Assembly: GCA_026931725.1 (NCBI GenBank)
Contig: JAIXLE010000177.1
Location: 6,781-70,780 of the forward strand
Direction of reading: 5' to 3'
Length of the DNA stretch: 64,000 bases
DNA from: Bacteroidales bacterium
Lineage (GTDB): Bacteria > Planctomycetota > Planctomycetia > Gemmatales > Gemmataceae
The notes under the pieces were generated by a model, which saw nothing but the letters and a program-made list of their open reading frames with translations, made no database searches and had not been told where the DNA came from. How positions within the stretch are numbered: position 1 is the first letter of the stretch; every line of letters begins with the position of its first letter. This document shows, one piece after another, positions 1 through 9,539 of this stretch. The position numbers and the translations under genes are program-made.

Positions 1-1
1 C

Positions 2-181
2 ATCGGCTCCACGACGAGCAAAGCCGAGAACCCCAAAGATCGACCGTTGGAACCGAACCACTTGTGGGCCACCGTGTTTCAGCATCTCGGCATCACCTGG
101 CAAGGAGTCGAATTCCTGGACGGTACCGGCCGACCGATGCCGATGCTGCCCACCGGGGAGGTGATCTCCGAGTTGCTGTGA
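2..181 (+). CDS. DUF1501 domain protein, C-terminal fragment (5' end outside window)
   Basis: Frame 2 reads ...NHLWATVFQHLGITWQGVEFLDGTGRPMPMLPTGEVISELL* ending at TGA 179-181. This resembles the typical DUF1501 (sulfatase-like, Planctomycetes) C-terminus. Confidence 0.55.
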   Translation: MGSTTSKAENPKDRPLEPNHLWATVFQHLGITWQGVEFLDGTGRPMPMLPTGEVISELL

Positions 182-233
182 GAATCGCTCGCATTATCGT
201 TCTGGCGATTTTTCCGCCTGGGAATGTCTCGGC

Positions 234-809
234 ATGGACCGCACCAATCCCTACGAGGTGGCCTTCGCGGCGTTCCTGCGGGAGCGACGGGTGGGGTTCG
301 TGCCGGTCGATGAGGCCAAGCGATCCCAACTCGATCCCGTGCCGATCAAGTCCCCGGATTTCGTGGTGGTCGGCCCCGGTTCCGCACGGTTAGTCGTGGA
401 TGTGAAAGGGCGGCGGTTCCCCGGCGGTTCCCCCGCGCAACCCCGCATGGTTTGGCAAAACTGGTCCACCACCGACGACATCACGGGCTTGCACGCCTGG
501 GCGGAGCGGTTCGGCCCCGGTTATCGGGGCGTGCTGGTCTTCGTCTACCGCATCACACCGCCTTACGCTCTGCCGCCCGAAACGCTGGATGCTTGGTCGT
601 ATCGTCAGGTGCAGTATCTGTTTCGGGCCGTGGATGTCCGCGACTATCGCCAGCACATGCGGACCCGCAGCCCGCGTTGGGGCACGGTGCATCTGGCCAC
701 CGCGGATTTTCGGAAGTTGGTTCGCCCCTTCTCCGCCTTTCTCACGGATGCTCCCACGCGGAACCCTTCGGAAAAAGTGATAGAATGCCAATCCGAGTGC
801 GATGCGTGA
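234..809 (+). CDS. PD-(D/E)xK nuclease-fold protein, HYExAFE-family-like
   Basis: 191-aa ORF. N-terminal NPYEVAFAAFL resembles the HYExAFE signature. SPDFVVV...LVVDVKGRRF gives a D...(D/E)xK restriction-endonuclease-like motif. Confidence 0.5.
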   Translation: MDRTNPYEVAFAAFLRERRVGFVPVDEAKRSQLDPVPIKSPDFVVVGPGSARLVVDVKGRRFPGGSPAQPRMVWQNWSTTDDITGLHAWAERFGPGYRGVLVFVYRITPPYALPPETLDAWSYRQVQYLFRAVDVRDYRQHMRTRSPRWGTVHLATADFRKLVRPFSAFLTDAPTRNPSEKVIECQSECDA

Positions 810-844
810 ATCCATGAACGGTTTCGTGCCGTCCCGTCTTCCTT

Positions 845-1657
845 ATGGTGAATGCTGAGGATATGTCCCGATTCAAACTGGGTCTGACGTTGGAACCGTT
901 GGATGCTCCGATCCGGGCGGCGATCGCCCTGGCGGGGAAGTTCGGCGTGGCGGGCGTGGAGGCGAACGCGGTCGGCGATCTCGCGCCGGAACGGCTCGGC
1001 GAAACCGGACGGCGTGAGTTGCGGAACCTGTTGCGGTCGCACAATCTCGAACTGGCCGCGCTCGGCTGCCCGTTGCGACGCGGATTGGATGCCCGAGAAT
1101 ATCAATCGGAACGGGTGGAGTACGTTCGTCAGATTATGCAGCTGGCATTCGATCTGGGGCCACGGCGGGTCGTGGTGCCGCTACCCCAGGTGCCCACGGA
1201 ACCCGAGAACCCCCGTGCCGTGACTCTGCGGGAAGTCCTCCGCGACTTGGCCGGGTTCGGCGACCGCATCGGGACGCAACTCGTTCTCGAAGTCGGCCTG
1301 GATACGGGAGAAGCCGTCCGCGAGTACCTGAGCCGCTTCGATTGCGGCAGCCTCGCCGTCACCTACGACCCGGCCAACTTCCTGTTGAATGGCCATGACC
1401 CGCTGACGAACCTGGGGGCGCTCGCCGGGCGGATTGGCCATGTGCATGCGCGGGATGGCCGTATCGCCACGGTCAGCGGCGGTGCCCGCGAAGTCGCGGT
1501 CGGGGCGGGGGATGTGGAATGGATGGTCTTGTTCGCCACGCTCGAATCCATCGACTACCGAGGATACATCGTCGTCGATCGCAAGACTGGAGAAGATCGG
1601 GCCGCCGATGTGCGGAAGGGAATCGCGTTCCTGCGGCGGTTCGTCGCGGGGGTGTGA
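845..1657 (+). CDS. sugar phosphate isomerase/epimerase (xylose isomerase-like TIM barrel)
   Basis: 270 aa with a TIM-barrel-family pattern (LGLTLEP..., ELAALGCPL, VVVPLP, LVLEVG, HVHARDG, GYIVVD). An alternative ATG lies at 863. Confidence 0.7.
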   Translation: MVNAEDMSRFKLGLTLEPLDAPIRAAIALAGKFGVAGVEANAVGDLAPERLGETGRRELRNLLRSHNLELAALGCPLRRGLDAREYQSERVEYVRQIMQLAFDLGPRRVVVPLPQVPTEPENPRAVTLREVLRDLAGFGDRIGTQLVLEVGLDTGEAVREYLSRFDCGSLAVTYDPANFLLNGHDPLTNLGALAGRIGHVHARDGRIATVSGGAREVAVGAGDVEWMVLFATLESIDYRGYIVVDRKTGEDRAADVRKGIAFLRRFVAGV

Positions 1658-1720
1658 CGGGATCGGTTCTGTGGGGCACTCCCCTCGGCCAAAACGCTTT
1701 TCCGCCGCTAGGATACGCAC

Positions 1721-3127
1721 ATGGCAAACCATTCGGAACAATTGCGGCATCTTCCCCAAGTGTCGCGGGTGTTGAGCCTCTCCACGCTCAGCGCCGCACG
1801 AGAACGATACCCGGCTGAGGCGATCACCGAGGCCGTGCGGGGGGAACTCGATGCCCTGCGTCAACAGATTTTGCAGGGGAAGGCACCCGAAACGCTGCCC
1901 GAACCGGAGCAGATCGCGGAAGCCGCCTTGGTGAAACTCGCACGGGATGCGGTGCCGCGAATCCGTTCGGTCATCAACGCCACCGGGGTGGTGCTGCACA
2001 CGAACCTGGGCCGTTCCCCCCTCGCGGAGTCGGCGGCTCAGGCGGCTTACGAAGCGGCTCGCGGGTATCTGAATCTCGAACTGGATTTGACAACCGGCAA
2101 GCGTTCCTCTCGGCAACTCAACGTCCGGGCGGGCCTCTGCCAACTCACGGGCGCGGAATCGGCGACGGTCGTGAACAACTGCGCGGCCGCCACGGTGATC
2201 GTGCTGCGGACCTTGGCTGCCGGGAAAGAAGTCATCGTCTCCCGCGGCCAACTGATCGAGATTGGCGGCAGCTTCCGCATTCCTGATATTTTAACCGTCA
2301 GCGGAGCGACCTTGCGGGAAGTCGGGACGACCAACATGACCCGACTATCGGATTATGAAGCGGCGATCGGCCCGAACACCGGCTTGTTGATGAAGATTCA
2401 CACCAGCAACTACCGGGTACGCGGCTTCACCAAGGCCGTCGAGATTGGCGAACTGGTAGCACTCGGACGGAAACACGGCTTGCCCGTGATCGACGATGCG
2501 GGAAGCGGGGCGGCACTGGATCTGGGACGATACGGCCTGCCCGGTGAGCCACGGGTGACGGACGGCATCGCGGCGGGAGCCGATCTGGTGCTGTTCAGCG
2601 GCGATAAACTGCTCGGCGGCCCCCAAGCCGGGATCATCGCGGGCCGTCAGGATCTGATTCAACGGATCGAACGCGATCCCCTCATGCGGGCGTTTCGGCT
2701 CGACAAGATGACCCTGGCCGCGTTGGAAGCCACCTTGCAACTGTACCGTGACCCCGAACGGGTCACACGCGAACTGCCCACGTTGCGCATGCTGACGATG
2801 CCCCTGGCGGAATTGCGGCAACGGAGTGAGGCTTTCGCAAAACGTCTGCGGGCCTTACCGGGTGGGCAACAGGTGGAAATCCTCGACGATGTGGCCTACG
2901 TCGGCGGCGGTTCTCTGCCCGATCAGACGTTGCCGACCGTGGTGATCGCGTTGACACCACCGATCAGTGAGGAGACACTCGCGGCCCGGTTGCGTGCTGG
3001 CACCCCCGCAGTCATGGGCCGGGTGCAGGATGGCCGCGTGCTGCTGGATCTGCGCACGGTGCTGGAACATCAGGAAGAAGCGTTGTTCACCGCCTTGGCC
3101 GCGGCCCTGGCTCCGTCTGTGCCGTGA
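1721..3127 (+). CDS. selA: L-seryl-tRNA(Sec) selenium transferase
   Basis: 468 aa. Motifs: LRHLPQVSRVL N-terminus, NATGVVLHTNLGRSPL, and FSGDKLLGGPQAGII (PLP-lysine region), all characteristic of SelA. Confidence 0.9.
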   Translation: MANHSEQLRHLPQVSRVLSLSTLSAARERYPAEAITEAVRGELDALRQQILQGKAPETLPEPEQIAEAALVKLARDAVPRIRSVINATGVVLHTNLGRSPLAESAAQAAYEAARGYLNLELDLTTGKRSSRQLNVRAGLCQLTGAESATVVNNCAAATVIVLRTLAAGKEVIVSRGQLIEIGGSFRIPDILTVSGATLREVGTTNMTRLSDYEAAIGPNTGLLMKIHTSNYRVRGFTKAVEIGELVALGRKHGLPVIDDAGSGAALDLGRYGLPGEPRVTDGIAAGADLVLFSGDKLLGGPQAGIIAGRQDLIQRIERDPLMRAFRLDKMTLAALEATLQLYRDPERVTRELPTLRMLTMPLAELRQRSEAFAKRLRALPGGQQVEILDDVAYVGGGSLPDQTLPTVVIALTPPISEETLAARLRAGTPAVMGRVQDGRVLLDLRTVLEHQEEALFTALAAALAPSVP

Positions 3128-3130
3128 ACT

Positions 3131-3880
3131 TTACAGCCCGCCCGCGTAGATCGTCCGTCCGCCGTCGACCGGCAGGCAGACACCCGTGATGAAGCTGTTT
3201 TCCACCAGCGCGAGTACCGCCTGGGCGATGTTCTCGGGGCTGCCCTCTTGTTTCACCAGCGTTGCGTTAATCGCTTCCTGCTTATCATGTTCGGGAAGAT
3301 TGTCCGGCAGCATGACCGGGCCGGGAAGGATCGCGTTGACTCGAACTTTGGTGTTGCGGCGGGCCAACTCCACGGCAAACGTCCGCGTCAGACCGGGAAT
3401 GGCGGCCTTGCTGGGAAAGTAGGCGGCATGGTCCGGGTACGGGCGCACTTCAGCCCAATCGCCGATGTTGATGATGCTGCCGCCGTTCCGCTGAGCGACC
3501 ATCCACAGGCCGACGTGCTGGCAAGTGAGGAAAGTGCCGAGCGTGTTCGCTTCCCAGTGTTCCCGAACATCGGCGGCGGTGATCGCTTCGAGCGGTTTGG
3601 GGTGCCAGATGGCAGCCGCGTTCACCAAGACATCGATCTGACCGAAGGAACCGATCACCTCACTGACCAGATGTTTAACAGACTGTTCATCCGAGAGTTC
3701 GGCCCGGAACGGTTCGGCTCGAACGCCGAGTGCCTTCAGTTCCGCCGTGATGTCGACCGCTTCACGGGCTGAGCTGCGATAATGGACCGCGATGTCGTAA
3801 CCGTGTTGGGCGAGTGCGTGGGCGACGTGGAAGCCGACCCGCCGTTTGCCGCTGCCCGTCACGAGTGCCAGCTTGGCCAT
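3131..3880 (-). CDS. SDR family oxidoreductase (pteridine reductase/FolM-like)
   Basis: 249 aa. VTGSGKRRVG (TGxxxRxG cofactor motif), NAAA, YxxxK (YFPSKAA), PGPV. Converges on selA with a 3-nt gap. Confidence 0.8.
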   Translation of the reverse strand: MAKLALVTGSGKRRVGFHVAHALAQHGYDIAVHYRSSAREAVDITAELKALGVRAEPFRAELSDEQSVKHLVSEVIGSFGQIDVLVNAAAIWHPKPLEAITAADVREHWEANTLGTFLTCQHVGLWMVAQRNGGSIINIGDWAEVRPYPDHAAYFPSKAAIPGLTRTFAVELARRNTKVRVNAILPGPVMLPDNLPEHDKQEAINATLVKQEGSPENIAQAVLALVENSFITGVCLPVDGGRTIYAGGL

Positions 3881-3892
3881 GAGGAACTCCGG

Positions 3893-5338
3893 TTAGCCAA
3901 TCGCCACCCGATCGCCGGGTTCGGGGACCGCGACATCGGCGAAACCGAGTTCCCGGAGCGTGATGGCCAGAGCAGCCGCTTGTTCTTTCTCACCGTGAAT
4001 GAGCCGGACTTTGCCGACCTTCCCGGCGAGCGGTTTCAAGTACGCCAGGAAGTCATTCCGGTCAGCGTGGCCGCTAAACCCTTCGAGGTGAACGACTTCG
4101 ATCCATTTATTGTAGTCGCGGTTGCCGATCCGCACGGTCGGTTTGGGTTCGAGCAGTCGTCGGCCCGTGGTGCCGTGGGCCTGGTAGCTCACGAGGGCCA
4201 CGGTACAGCGGGGGTCGTCGACGTTCTGCTTCAAATGGTTGACGATCCGCCCGGCATCGCACATCCCGCTGGAAGCAATGATGACACACGGCCCCGGCCG
4301 CACGGTCAGATATTGGCTCTCCTCACCGGAGCGGATGTACTGCACGCCATCACCGCCCAGGATACCGTGTCCTTCCCGGACCCCGGCCGCGACCTCGGGG
4401 TTGAGGCAGTCTGGGTGGCCGCGATAGACCTCGGCGACTTCCGCGGCGAGCGGGCTATCGACATAAATCGGGATGCGCGGAATCTTGTGCGTGCGCAGTC
4501 CCTTTTGCAGAAAGTGAATGATGAGTTGGCAGCGGCCCAGGCTGAATGCCGGGATGAGAACCTTGCCGCCGCGCTCATAGGTATCCCGCACCACGGCGTA
4601 GAGCTTTTCGATGGTGCCCGCGACGGGTTCATGGAAGCGGTTGCCATAAGTGCTTTCGCAGACGAGCAAGTCCGCGGGCGGAATCTCATTGGCGGGTTTG
4701 AGCAGCGGCAATTCCCGGCGGCCGAGATCCCCACTGAACGTGACGGTGCGGCTCTGCCCGGCTTCGTCGATCGTCAGATGCACGAGTGCGGAACCGAGGA
4801 TGTGGCCCGCTTCGTGAAAGCGAAACTGTATGCCCCGTGCGGCTTCCTTCTGTCGACCGTAGGGAACCGCGACAATTTGATCGAAGACACGCTCGACATC
4901 GTCGAACGTGTAGAGCGGTTCGACCCACGGTTCGGCGTAACTGCGGGCGATGTTCAGGTGGGCGGCATCTTCTTCCTGGATGCGGGCCGAATCGCGGAGC
5001 ATGACCCGGATCAGGTCACGGGTCGGCGGCGTGGCGAAGATCGGGCCGGTAAAGCCCTGACGTACCAGCGTGGGCAGGTTGCCGCAATGGTCGATATGGC
5101 CGTGACTGACAATGACGGCCTGGAGTTTCTGGGGGTGGAACGGAAAATGTTCGTTCCGTTCGCGGGCCACATCCCGCCGCCCCTGGTACATCCCGCAATC
5201 CAGCAACACGCGGGAACGGCCCGCTTCGAGCAAGTGCATGGAACCACTGACCGACGCGGCCGCCCCCCAGAAGGTGAGGTGCGGTGTCGTCGTGGGATTT
5301 GTGGTCGGCGAACCGGGGCTAATATCGTTCATCGCCAT
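3893..5338 (-). CDS. MBL-fold metallo-hydrolase with beta-CASP/RNA-specificity domain
   Basis: 481 aa. LLDCGMYQG, SHGHIDHCG (HxHxDH), beta-CASP-like middle region, C-terminal FSGHAD. Same strand as the flanking SDR genes, with short gaps to both, so a likely operon. Confidence 0.85.
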   Translation of the reverse strand: MAMNDISPGSPTTNPTTTPHLTFWGAAASVSGSMHLLEAGRSRVLLDCGMYQGRRDVARERNEHFPFHPQKLQAVIVSHGHIDHCGNLPTLVRQGFTGPIFATPPTRDLIRVMLRDSARIQEEDAAHLNIARSYAEPWVEPLYTFDDVERVFDQIVAVPYGRQKEAARGIQFRFHEAGHILGSALVHLTIDEAGQSRTVTFSGDLGRRELPLLKPANEIPPADLLVCESTYGNRFHEPVAGTIEKLYAVVRDTYERGGKVLIPAFSLGRCQLIIHFLQKGLRTHKIPRIPIYVDSPLAAEVAEVYRGHPDCLNPEVAAGVREGHGILGGDGVQYIRSGEESQYLTVRPGPCVIIASSGMCDAGRIVNHLKQNVDDPRCTVALVSYQAHGTTGRRLLEPKPTVRIGNRDYNKWIEVVHLEGFSGHADRNDFLAYLKPLAGKVGKVRLIHGEKEQAAALAITLRELGFADVAVPEPGDRVAIG

Positions 5339-5410
5339 ATTCTAGTCGCAAGTTGTCGGAAAGAAAAAGAATCGTTTCCGGGAGTCTTGCGGACGGGACA
5401 TTTCCCTCTG

Positions 5411-5440
5411 AACCGGGGGCCGCGCGTCCCCGGTTGTGTT
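5411..5440. repeat. REP-like palindromic element, copy a
   Basis: aaccgggggccgcgcgtccccggtt+gtgtt. Arms at 5411-5418 and 5428-5435. Intergenic, downstream of the 5472..6239 gene. Confidence 0.7.
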
Positions 5441-5471
5441 CATGATCGGTGTCAGCAGGCCAAGCCCGCCA

Positions 5472-6239
5472 TCACACCAGCCAGCCGCCGGTGATCGGGA
5501 GGACTTGTCCCGTGATGTAGCCAGACTCGGCACTGGCCAGGAACAGCACGGCGTTGGCAATATCCGTGGGTTCCGCCAGCCGGCCCATCGGGATCTGTTT
5601 GAGATACTCCGCCATCACGTCCGGTTTGATGTCGCCGATCATCGTGGTGTTCACGACTCCCGGAGCCACCGCGTTCACCGTGATCTGACGGCGGGCGAGT
5701 TCCTTGGCCAGCGAACGGGTCAACCCGATGACCCCCGCCTTCGCGGCGGCGTAGTTCGCCTGACCGTGGATGCCGACCAACCCGGCGACCGAGGCGATGT
5801 TCACGATCCGGCCCTGTTCGTTCAGGATCTCGGCCGCGAACTTGCAACCGTGGAAGACTCCCGTCAAGTTCGTTTGTATCACGGCCTGCCAGTCATCCGG
5901 TGTCATTTTCCGAATGCTGCGATCCTTCAAGATGCCCGCGTTGTTGACGAGGATATCCAATCCGCCGAACGTCTGTTTCACGGTCTGCATCAAAGTTTCG
6001 ACCTGGGCCGCGTCGCGGATGTCGGCGGCGAGAACCGCGACACGCGGCGTGGAGGGCAGGGCACGCAGCTTGGCCGCGTGGTTCTCGGCATCCCGGCGGT
6101 TCGCGCCATCGGGGTCGTCCCAGAAATGGAGGACGCAGTTCGCCCCCGCACGGGCAAACGCTTCGAGAATGGCCGCCCCAATGCCACGGGAGCTGCCAGT
6201 GACAAGGGCGGTTTTCTGGGAAAAATCGTAGGCAATCAT
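5472..6239 (-). CDS. SDR family oxidoreductase (3-oxoacyl-ACP reductase FabG-like)
   Basis: 255 aa. VTGSSRGIG, NNAG, YAAAKAG, PGVV are classical SDR motifs. Confidence 0.85.
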   Translation of the reverse strand: MIAYDFSQKTALVTGSSRGIGAAILEAFARAGANCVLHFWDDPDGANRRDAENHAAKLRALPSTPRVAVLAADIRDAAQVETLMQTVKQTFGGLDILVNNAGILKDRSIRKMTPDDWQAVIQTNLTGVFHGCKFAAEILNEQGRIVNIASVAGLVGIHGQANYAAAKAGVIGLTRSLAKELARRQITVNAVAPGVVNTTMIGDIKPDVMAEYLKQIPMGRLAEPTDIANAVLFLASAESGYITGQVLPITGGWLV

Positions 6240-6343
6240 GGTGGATTGTGGTAGGGGGAGGGCGGAAATCAGAACCGGAAGCCCGTCTCTGCATATCGTT
6301 GATAGTATTCCTTAGTCCGCATTCCGAAACCTGCAATCTCCCC

Positions 6344-7234
6344 ATGATCCGCTTGGCGCACTTTTCTGATGTTCACCTCACCGCTCGGCCACTGGGCTGG
6401 GAACCCGAGGATCTGTTCACGAAGCGATTGACTGGCTGGGTCAATGTGGAAATGCTTGGCCGTGGGCGGCGATTCCGATTCGCGCCCCAAGTCGTGGCGG
6501 CGATGCGGCGGGAGTGGCCAACCCGCAAACTCGATGCCCTGGTGTTCTCTGGCGATGCGACTGGGATGGGGTTCGAGTCCGAGTTTGCCGCCGCGAGCCA
6601 TGCCCTGGGGGTCGATGATGATGGGCTCCCTCCAGCGATTGCCGTGCCGGGGAACCACGATTACTACACGAAGCGGGCCACGAAAAGCGGCTACTTCGAG
6701 CATTATTTCGCCCCCTGGTTGAAGGGGCACCGGCTGACGACCGACACTTACCCGTTCGCGCGGCAGATCGGTGCGGCATGGTTCATCGGTGTGAACAGCA
6801 GTACCGTCAACCGCTGGACTTGGGATGCCAGCGGCGCGATCGGTTCGGAGCAACTGCGGCGATTACGGCGGCTCTGCCAGTCGCTGCCACCGGGGCCACG
6901 GGTGCTGGTGACGCACTACCCGCTCCGCACCGGCCGGGGCGAGGTGGAACCGCGGGTCCACCGTTTGCGGGACCACAAAGCCGCGCTGGAGTGTGCGAAG
7001 GAGTGCAAAATCTCCCTGTGGCTACACGGGCACATTCACAAGGCATTCCTACTGAAGGCCACACAGGCCATTCCGTTTCCCATTGTCTGCTGTGGCAGCA
7101 GCACCCAGCAGAAACGCTGGGGCTACAACGAATACACGATTGAAGGTTCGGTTTGTCGCATGACTCGGCGGTTCTATTCCCAGGAAGAAGATTTATTCCG
7201 AGATGCGGAATACCGAGAATTCGAGCTGGGGTGA
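6344..7234 (+). CDS. metallophosphoesterase
   Basis: ATG at 6344 gives MIRLAHFSDVHL (DxH). Also GDATG, GNHDY, and HGHIH near the C-terminus. The upstream part of ORF 6248.. looks non-coding. Confidence 0.8.
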   Translation: MIRLAHFSDVHLTARPLGWEPEDLFTKRLTGWVNVEMLGRGRRFRFAPQVVAAMRREWPTRKLDALVFSGDATGMGFESEFAAASHALGVDDDGLPPAIAVPGNHDYYTKRATKSGYFEHYFAPWLKGHRLTTDTYPFARQIGAAWFIGVNSSTVNRWTWDASGAIGSEQLRRLRRLCQSLPPGPRVLVTHYPLRTGRGEVEPRVHRLRDHKAALECAKECKISLWLHGHIHKAFLLKATQAIPFPIVCCGSSTQQKRWGYNEYTIEGSVCRMTRRFYSQEEDLFRDAEYREFELG

Positions 7235-7241
7235 ATCGGGC

Positions 7242-7556
7242 TCAATACGGATCACCGCCACCGTTTCGGGAGTCGGGGCGAGTATCCGGTCGCGGGCGGC
7301 GTGCCCGCTCCACGGAGGAAGTGTGATCGAACGGCTTGAGTTCCGGTTTGCCATCCTCGGATACGCCGGTGAGTTGCTGGATTTTCTGTTCCGCTGAACG
7401 TAACTGCCCGTAGCACATCCGCAGCAGTCCGACTCCGCGTTCATACCGGGCCAGAGCATCTTCCAGGCTGGTCGTGCCGTCTTCGAGTTCTCGCAAGATG
7501 CGGTCGAGTTCAGCCAAAGCCTGTTCAAACTTCAGGAGCGGCGCTGCGTCCGACAT
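7242..7556 (-). CDS. xseB: exodeoxyribonuclease VII small subunit
   Basis: 104 aa. FEQALAELDRILRELEDGTTSLEDALARYERGVGLLRMC is the typical XseB pattern. Its start directly abuts the xseA stop. Confidence 0.9.
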   Translation of the reverse strand: MSDAAPLLKFEQALAELDRILRELEDGTTSLEDALARYERGVGLLRMCYGQLRSAEQKIQQLTGVSEDGKPELKPFDHTSSVERARRPRPDTRPDSRNGGGDPY

Positions 7557-8810
7557 TTAGAGTTCCTCACGCGATCCGGGCTGATCGGGTCGAACTTCTT
7601 CCACCCGGCTCACAATTTCCCCGCGTTCTACCCGTGTCACCAGCCGTTCTCCGGGTTGCACCGTGGTTGCATCACGGATCAGGCGTTCACTACCGGCCAA
7701 CTGTGTCAGGCTATAGCCCCGTTTGAGAACATTCAAGGGGCTGAGTCCTTCCAGTTGATCGGCCAACCCGGCGAGTTGGTCATTGGCCCGGCGGATGCGT
7801 TGGAGCATGGCCCGCTGTAACCGGGTGGAGCGTTCATCGAGTCGCTGGTCCAGATCCCGAATCCGGTCCAGCGGGCGGCGGAAGGTGGCGCGTTCGGTCA
7901 GTTTGTCGAGCCGCTGGCGACCCAGTTCGATGCGGCGGAGGACGGTATCCCGGAGTCGGTCGCTGAAGGCGATCATTTCCTCGGCGAGTTCACCATGATC
8001 CGGGCACAGAGCCGTAATTGCCTGGGACGGAGTCAGTGCCCGATAATCCGCGACCAGGTCCGCGATGCTCACGTCAATTTCGTGGCCGACCGCCGACACC
8101 ACGGGCACGCTGCATGCGTGAATCGCATCGGCAACAATTTCTTCGTTGAAGGCGGCTAAATCCTCGGCGGACCCGCCCCCGCGACCGAGAACGACGGCAT
8201 CGAGTGTTAGCCGATGCGTGCGATGCAGGGTGCTGAGTTGTCGCACCGCGGCGGCGAGATCCTGGGCGGCTCCTTCCCCTTGCACGCGGCTGGGGCGAAC
8301 GATCGCATCGGCCATCGGCCAGCGTTTGGCCAGGATTTCGAGCATGTCGCGGATGGCGGCTCCGGTCGGGCTGGCGATCAGGCCGATGCAACGCGGGTAG
8401 CGGGGCAGTGGCCGTTTGCGTTTCGGATCGAAGTAGCCGCGTTGAAATAACTTTTCCTTCAATTGCCGCAGGGCGAGTTCGGCCGCGCCGATCCCTTTGG
8501 GTTGCAGTTCCTCGATGATGAGCTGGTAATCACCGCGTGGCGGGAACACGGTGAGCCCACCCCGGACGATGACTTCCATGCCGTCGTGGGGGTCGAATCG
8601 AAGCCGCATCCCGAACGCCCGCCACATGCAGCAACGCACAGAGGATTGGGCATCTTTCAGGGTGAAATACAGATGCCCAGACGAGGCCCGGACATAGTTC
8701 GCCACCTCACCGGCGACCCAGACACTGGGATAAAATTCTTCGAGCCGCCCTTTCACCGAGGTATTGAGAGCGGTGACGCTGAACGGTTTGACATTCGGAG
8801 GAATCGGCAT
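7557..8810 (-). CDS. xseA: exodeoxyribonuclease VII large subunit
   Basis: OB-fold N-terminus VWVAGEVANY...SGHLYFTLKD followed by a catalytic and coiled-coil region. ATG at 8810 is preferred over the upstream TTG at 8900. Confidence 0.9.
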   Translation of the reverse strand: MPIPPNVKPFSVTALNTSVKGRLEEFYPSVWVAGEVANYVRASSGHLYFTLKDAQSSVRCCMWRAFGMRLRFDPHDGMEVIVRGGLTVFPPRGDYQLIIEELQPKGIGAAELALRQLKEKLFQRGYFDPKRKRPLPRYPRCIGLIASPTGAAIRDMLEILAKRWPMADAIVRPSRVQGEGAAQDLAAAVRQLSTLHRTHRLTLDAVVLGRGGGSAEDLAAFNEEIVADAIHACSVPVVSAVGHEIDVSIADLVADYRALTPSQAITALCPDHGELAEEMIAFSDRLRDTVLRRIELGRQRLDKLTERATFRRPLDRIRDLDQRLDERSTRLQRAMLQRIRRANDQLAGLADQLEGLSPLNVLKRGYSLTQLAGSERLIRDATTVQPGERLVTRVERGEIVSRVEEVRPDQPGSREEL

Positions 8811-8933
8811 ACACGCTCTCGGCAGTTCATCAGGAGAATGAGAGGCTCTTGCGCGATCATACTCCTCCAGACCCCCAATGGCCAATGACGGTCGTGCCAA
8901 GATTTTCCCCGCGGGGTGCGTGGCCTGAGCAGA

Positions 8934-9326
8934 TTATTCCGGCACGGCGATTTCGTTGAGGACTTTCGTCACCCCCACCGTACCGGAGGCGAGCTGACCG
9001 GCTCGGTCCCGTTGGGTGGGGGATGTGACGATTCCGCGGAGCTTGACTTCCCCTTTCTCGCCGGGCAGCACGGTAATGTCCGTTCCTTCCATCGTCCGAT
9101 CCGTGTGGATGCGGATACGCACGAGTTCCTCTTCGGGTAGCACGTCGCCGGGACGCAAGGCCACGAATGGCCCCGCGATCGTCACCGGGTTCGGCAATTC
9201 ACTGCGGATGCGCTGGGCCGTGGCGGCTCCGATGCGGGCGAGAATGTCCGCATCCGAAGGCTTGCTCGCCACCAATGGTCCGATAATCAGGACGATCACG
9301 CAGAGAGTGCCCAGTTTGCGACGCAT
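8934..9326 (-). CDS. BON domain-containing secreted/lipid-binding protein
   Basis: MRRKLGTLCVIVLIIGPLVA signal or anchor. The C-terminal KLRGIVTSPTQRDRAGQLASGTVGVTKVLNEI matches the BON pattern. Confidence 0.6.
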   Translation of the reverse strand: MRRKLGTLCVIVLIIGPLVASKPSDADILARIGAATAQRIRSELPNPVTIAGPFVALRPGDVLPEEELVRIRIHTDRTMEGTDITVLPGEKGEVKLRGIVTSPTQRDRAGQLASGTVGVTKVLNEIAVPE

Positions 9327-9539
9327 TTCAAACTCCGACAGTGCGGCGTGGTCGGCGAGAACGCTAGTCGCAGGATACCACATGGGGTCGTGGGTGTGTC
9401 GATCCCGATCGGGTGTCGCCAGATTGCGCTTCCGCTTCTCCCAGCGATGGATAGAATGGTTGTTGCAATCGGTTTTATCGGAAAAGTCTTCGCCATCGTC
9501 CCAACGGTTGTTGGGTGTCTCGGATGGAGGAACCAGGAC

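Noticed and set aside
1181-2251. 356-aa ORF on the - strand
   Set aside because: It spans the end of the TIM-barrel gene and the start of selA in antisense. Both sense genes have strong family signatures.
3782-5494. 570-aa ORF on the + strand
   Set aside because: It lies entirely antisense to the well-supported MBL/beta-CASP gene (3893..5338). Its composition is Arg/Gly/Asp/Val-rich with no recognisable motifs. This is a typical high-GC shadow ORF.
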